Below the pieces are notes generated by a model. The model searched no databases, had not been told where the DNA came from, and saw only the letters and a program-made list of their open reading frames with translations. Both the position numbers and the translations under genes were made by a program. Positions 56,570-57,337 of a stretch of 57,337 nucleotides of DNA are shown here, in pieces (position 1 is the stretch's first letter; each line of letters opens with the position of its first letter). This stretch comes from Candidatus Pacearchaeota archaeon (lineage in GTDB: Archaea; Nanobdellota; Nanobdellia; Pacearchaeales; GW2011-AR1). The stretch is taken from positions 1 through 57,337 of the forward strand of contig JAVHOF010000037.1 in NCBI GenBank assembly GCA_036169915.1, read 5' to 3'.

Positions 56570-57127
56570 TTATTTATTTAAACTTTCTAATTTATTTAAA
56601 ATATACTTTATTATTCCAAGAATTATAATCGCTCCTACAATAATTCCCAGAACAAGTGCAAGATTTGAAAAACTGGCAAATATACCTGAGGCAATGGAGT
56701 CATCACCAGTCTGATTTTTAATTTCTTTATTATTTTTTATTTCTTCTGGAGTAATCATGCATATTCCATAACACCATTGTATAGAACTATTTTTATTTAT
56801 TTTTGCTATTAAACCATCCCAGAATCCATAGCAATTGTATTTTTGAGTTGTATTAGAATCTAAATTAGATTCATCAATTATATTACCATCAATCATAGCT
56901 TCATCATAAAGTATTTCAGTATTATTTTCATCATAAATAGTAGACTCATTGTTATTTAGAATACTTTCATCTATGTTATTATCTGTATTATTTGCTTGAT
57001 TTTCTTCTGAAATTATGTTCTTATTTTCTTCTGAAACCTGGATTTTGTTTCCGCAGCTTTTTGGAAATATAAGTATAAATATTAAAATTAATGTTAGCCA
57101 TAAAATCCAATGAACACTTCTTTTCAT
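56570..57127 (-). CDS. Secreted or membrane protein (signal peptide, N/D/E-rich linker, Cys-containing region, C-terminal TM)
   Basis: The N-terminus is WILWLTLILIFILIF and the C-terminal TM helix is LALVLGIIVGAIIILGII. Confidence 0.5.
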   Translation of the reverse strand: MKRSVHWILWLTLILIFILIFPKSCGNKIQVSEENKNIISEENQANNTDNNIDESILNNNESTIYDENNTEILYDEAMIDGNIIDESNLDSNTTQKYNCYGFWDGLIAKINKNSSIQWCYGICMITPEEIKNNKEIKNQTGDDSIASGIFASFSNLALVLGIIVGAIIILGIIKYILNKLESLNK

Positions 57128-57167
57128 ATAATGAGGAATATTCTTTTATTTTTAAATATTCGTGAAA

Positions 57168-57240
57168 CGTCCCGGAGAGGACTCGGACCTCTGACCCTTC
57201 GATTAACAGTCGAATGCTCTACCAACTGAGCTACCGGGAC
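57168..57240 (-). tRNA. tRNA-Asn (anticodon GUU)
   Basis: Reverse complement: GUCCCGG-UA-GCUC..GAGC-A-UUCGA-CUGUUAA-UCGAA-GGGUC-AGAGG-UCCGAGU-CCUCU-CCGGGAC-G. Confidence 0.9.
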
Positions 57241-57266
57241 TCAATACAAGTTTTTTAGAAAAAGAA

Positions 57267-57276
57267 TATATTTAAA
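57267..57276 (-). promoter_or_regulatory. Putative TATA box for tRNA-Asn
   Basis: On the minus strand CTTTAAATATA lies about 27-36 nt upstream of the tRNA 5' end. Confidence 0.4.
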
Positions 57277-57337
57277 GCTATTTATTTTGTTAAGTCAACT
57301 TGTGAACTTAACATACTCTTAAAAAATTATGCTCACA

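Noticed and set aside
1-57337. rRNA genes, RNase P RNA, SRP RNA and transposase or integrase genes
   Set aside because: Apart from the three tRNAs, the AspRS relic and the hairpin at 45358, I noticed no extended GC-rich structured stretch. No ORF showed DDE, tyrosine-recombinase or serine-recombinase motifs on inspection.

Overview
The window is very AT-rich and reads as a chromosomal segment from a small-genome archaeon. A DPANN-like lineage is an inference from the gene content and the many orphan genes. Archaeal information-processing genes are clear: an MCM helicase interrupted by an intein, an RPA-like OB-fold protein, TBP, ATP-dependent DNA ligase, ribosomal protein L15e, endonuclease V, Taw3 and FtsZ. 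All five tRNA-dependent amidotransferase subunits are present (gatD, gatE, gatB, gatC, gatA), together with AspRS, GlyRS and three tRNAs (Ile-GAU, Gly-CCC, Asn-GUU). More than 15 small orphan ORFs and several bacterial-looking membrane or secreted proteins sit between these genes. I saw no rRNA, CRISPR array, transposase or integrase. The main items for follow-up are: (1) a protein that fuses an XRE-type HTH to a near-canonical bacterial primary sigma-70 region 4; (2) a co-directional cluster of secreted protein, stand-alone receiver domain, Fe-S/radical-SAM-like enzyme with a non-canonical CX2CX2C motif, large Cys-rich secreted M23-peptidase-like protein, and a Cys-rich membrane protein; (3) a bacterial-type AspRS that lacks the GAD insertion and is followed directly by a 37-codon relic of the C-terminus of an archaeal-type AspRS; (4) a histidine-phosphatase::GlyRS fusion; (5) matching hairpin-rich mini-elements bounded by duplicated tRNA 3' ends downstream of tRNA-Ile and tRNA-Gly; (6) a gatC...gatA operon containing two paralogous orphan genes and a chorismate-mutase-like gene; (7) an ORF with an in-frame TGA; (8) a surface protein of more than 1447 aa with tandem LamG modules that is missing from the ORF track because it runs off the window.
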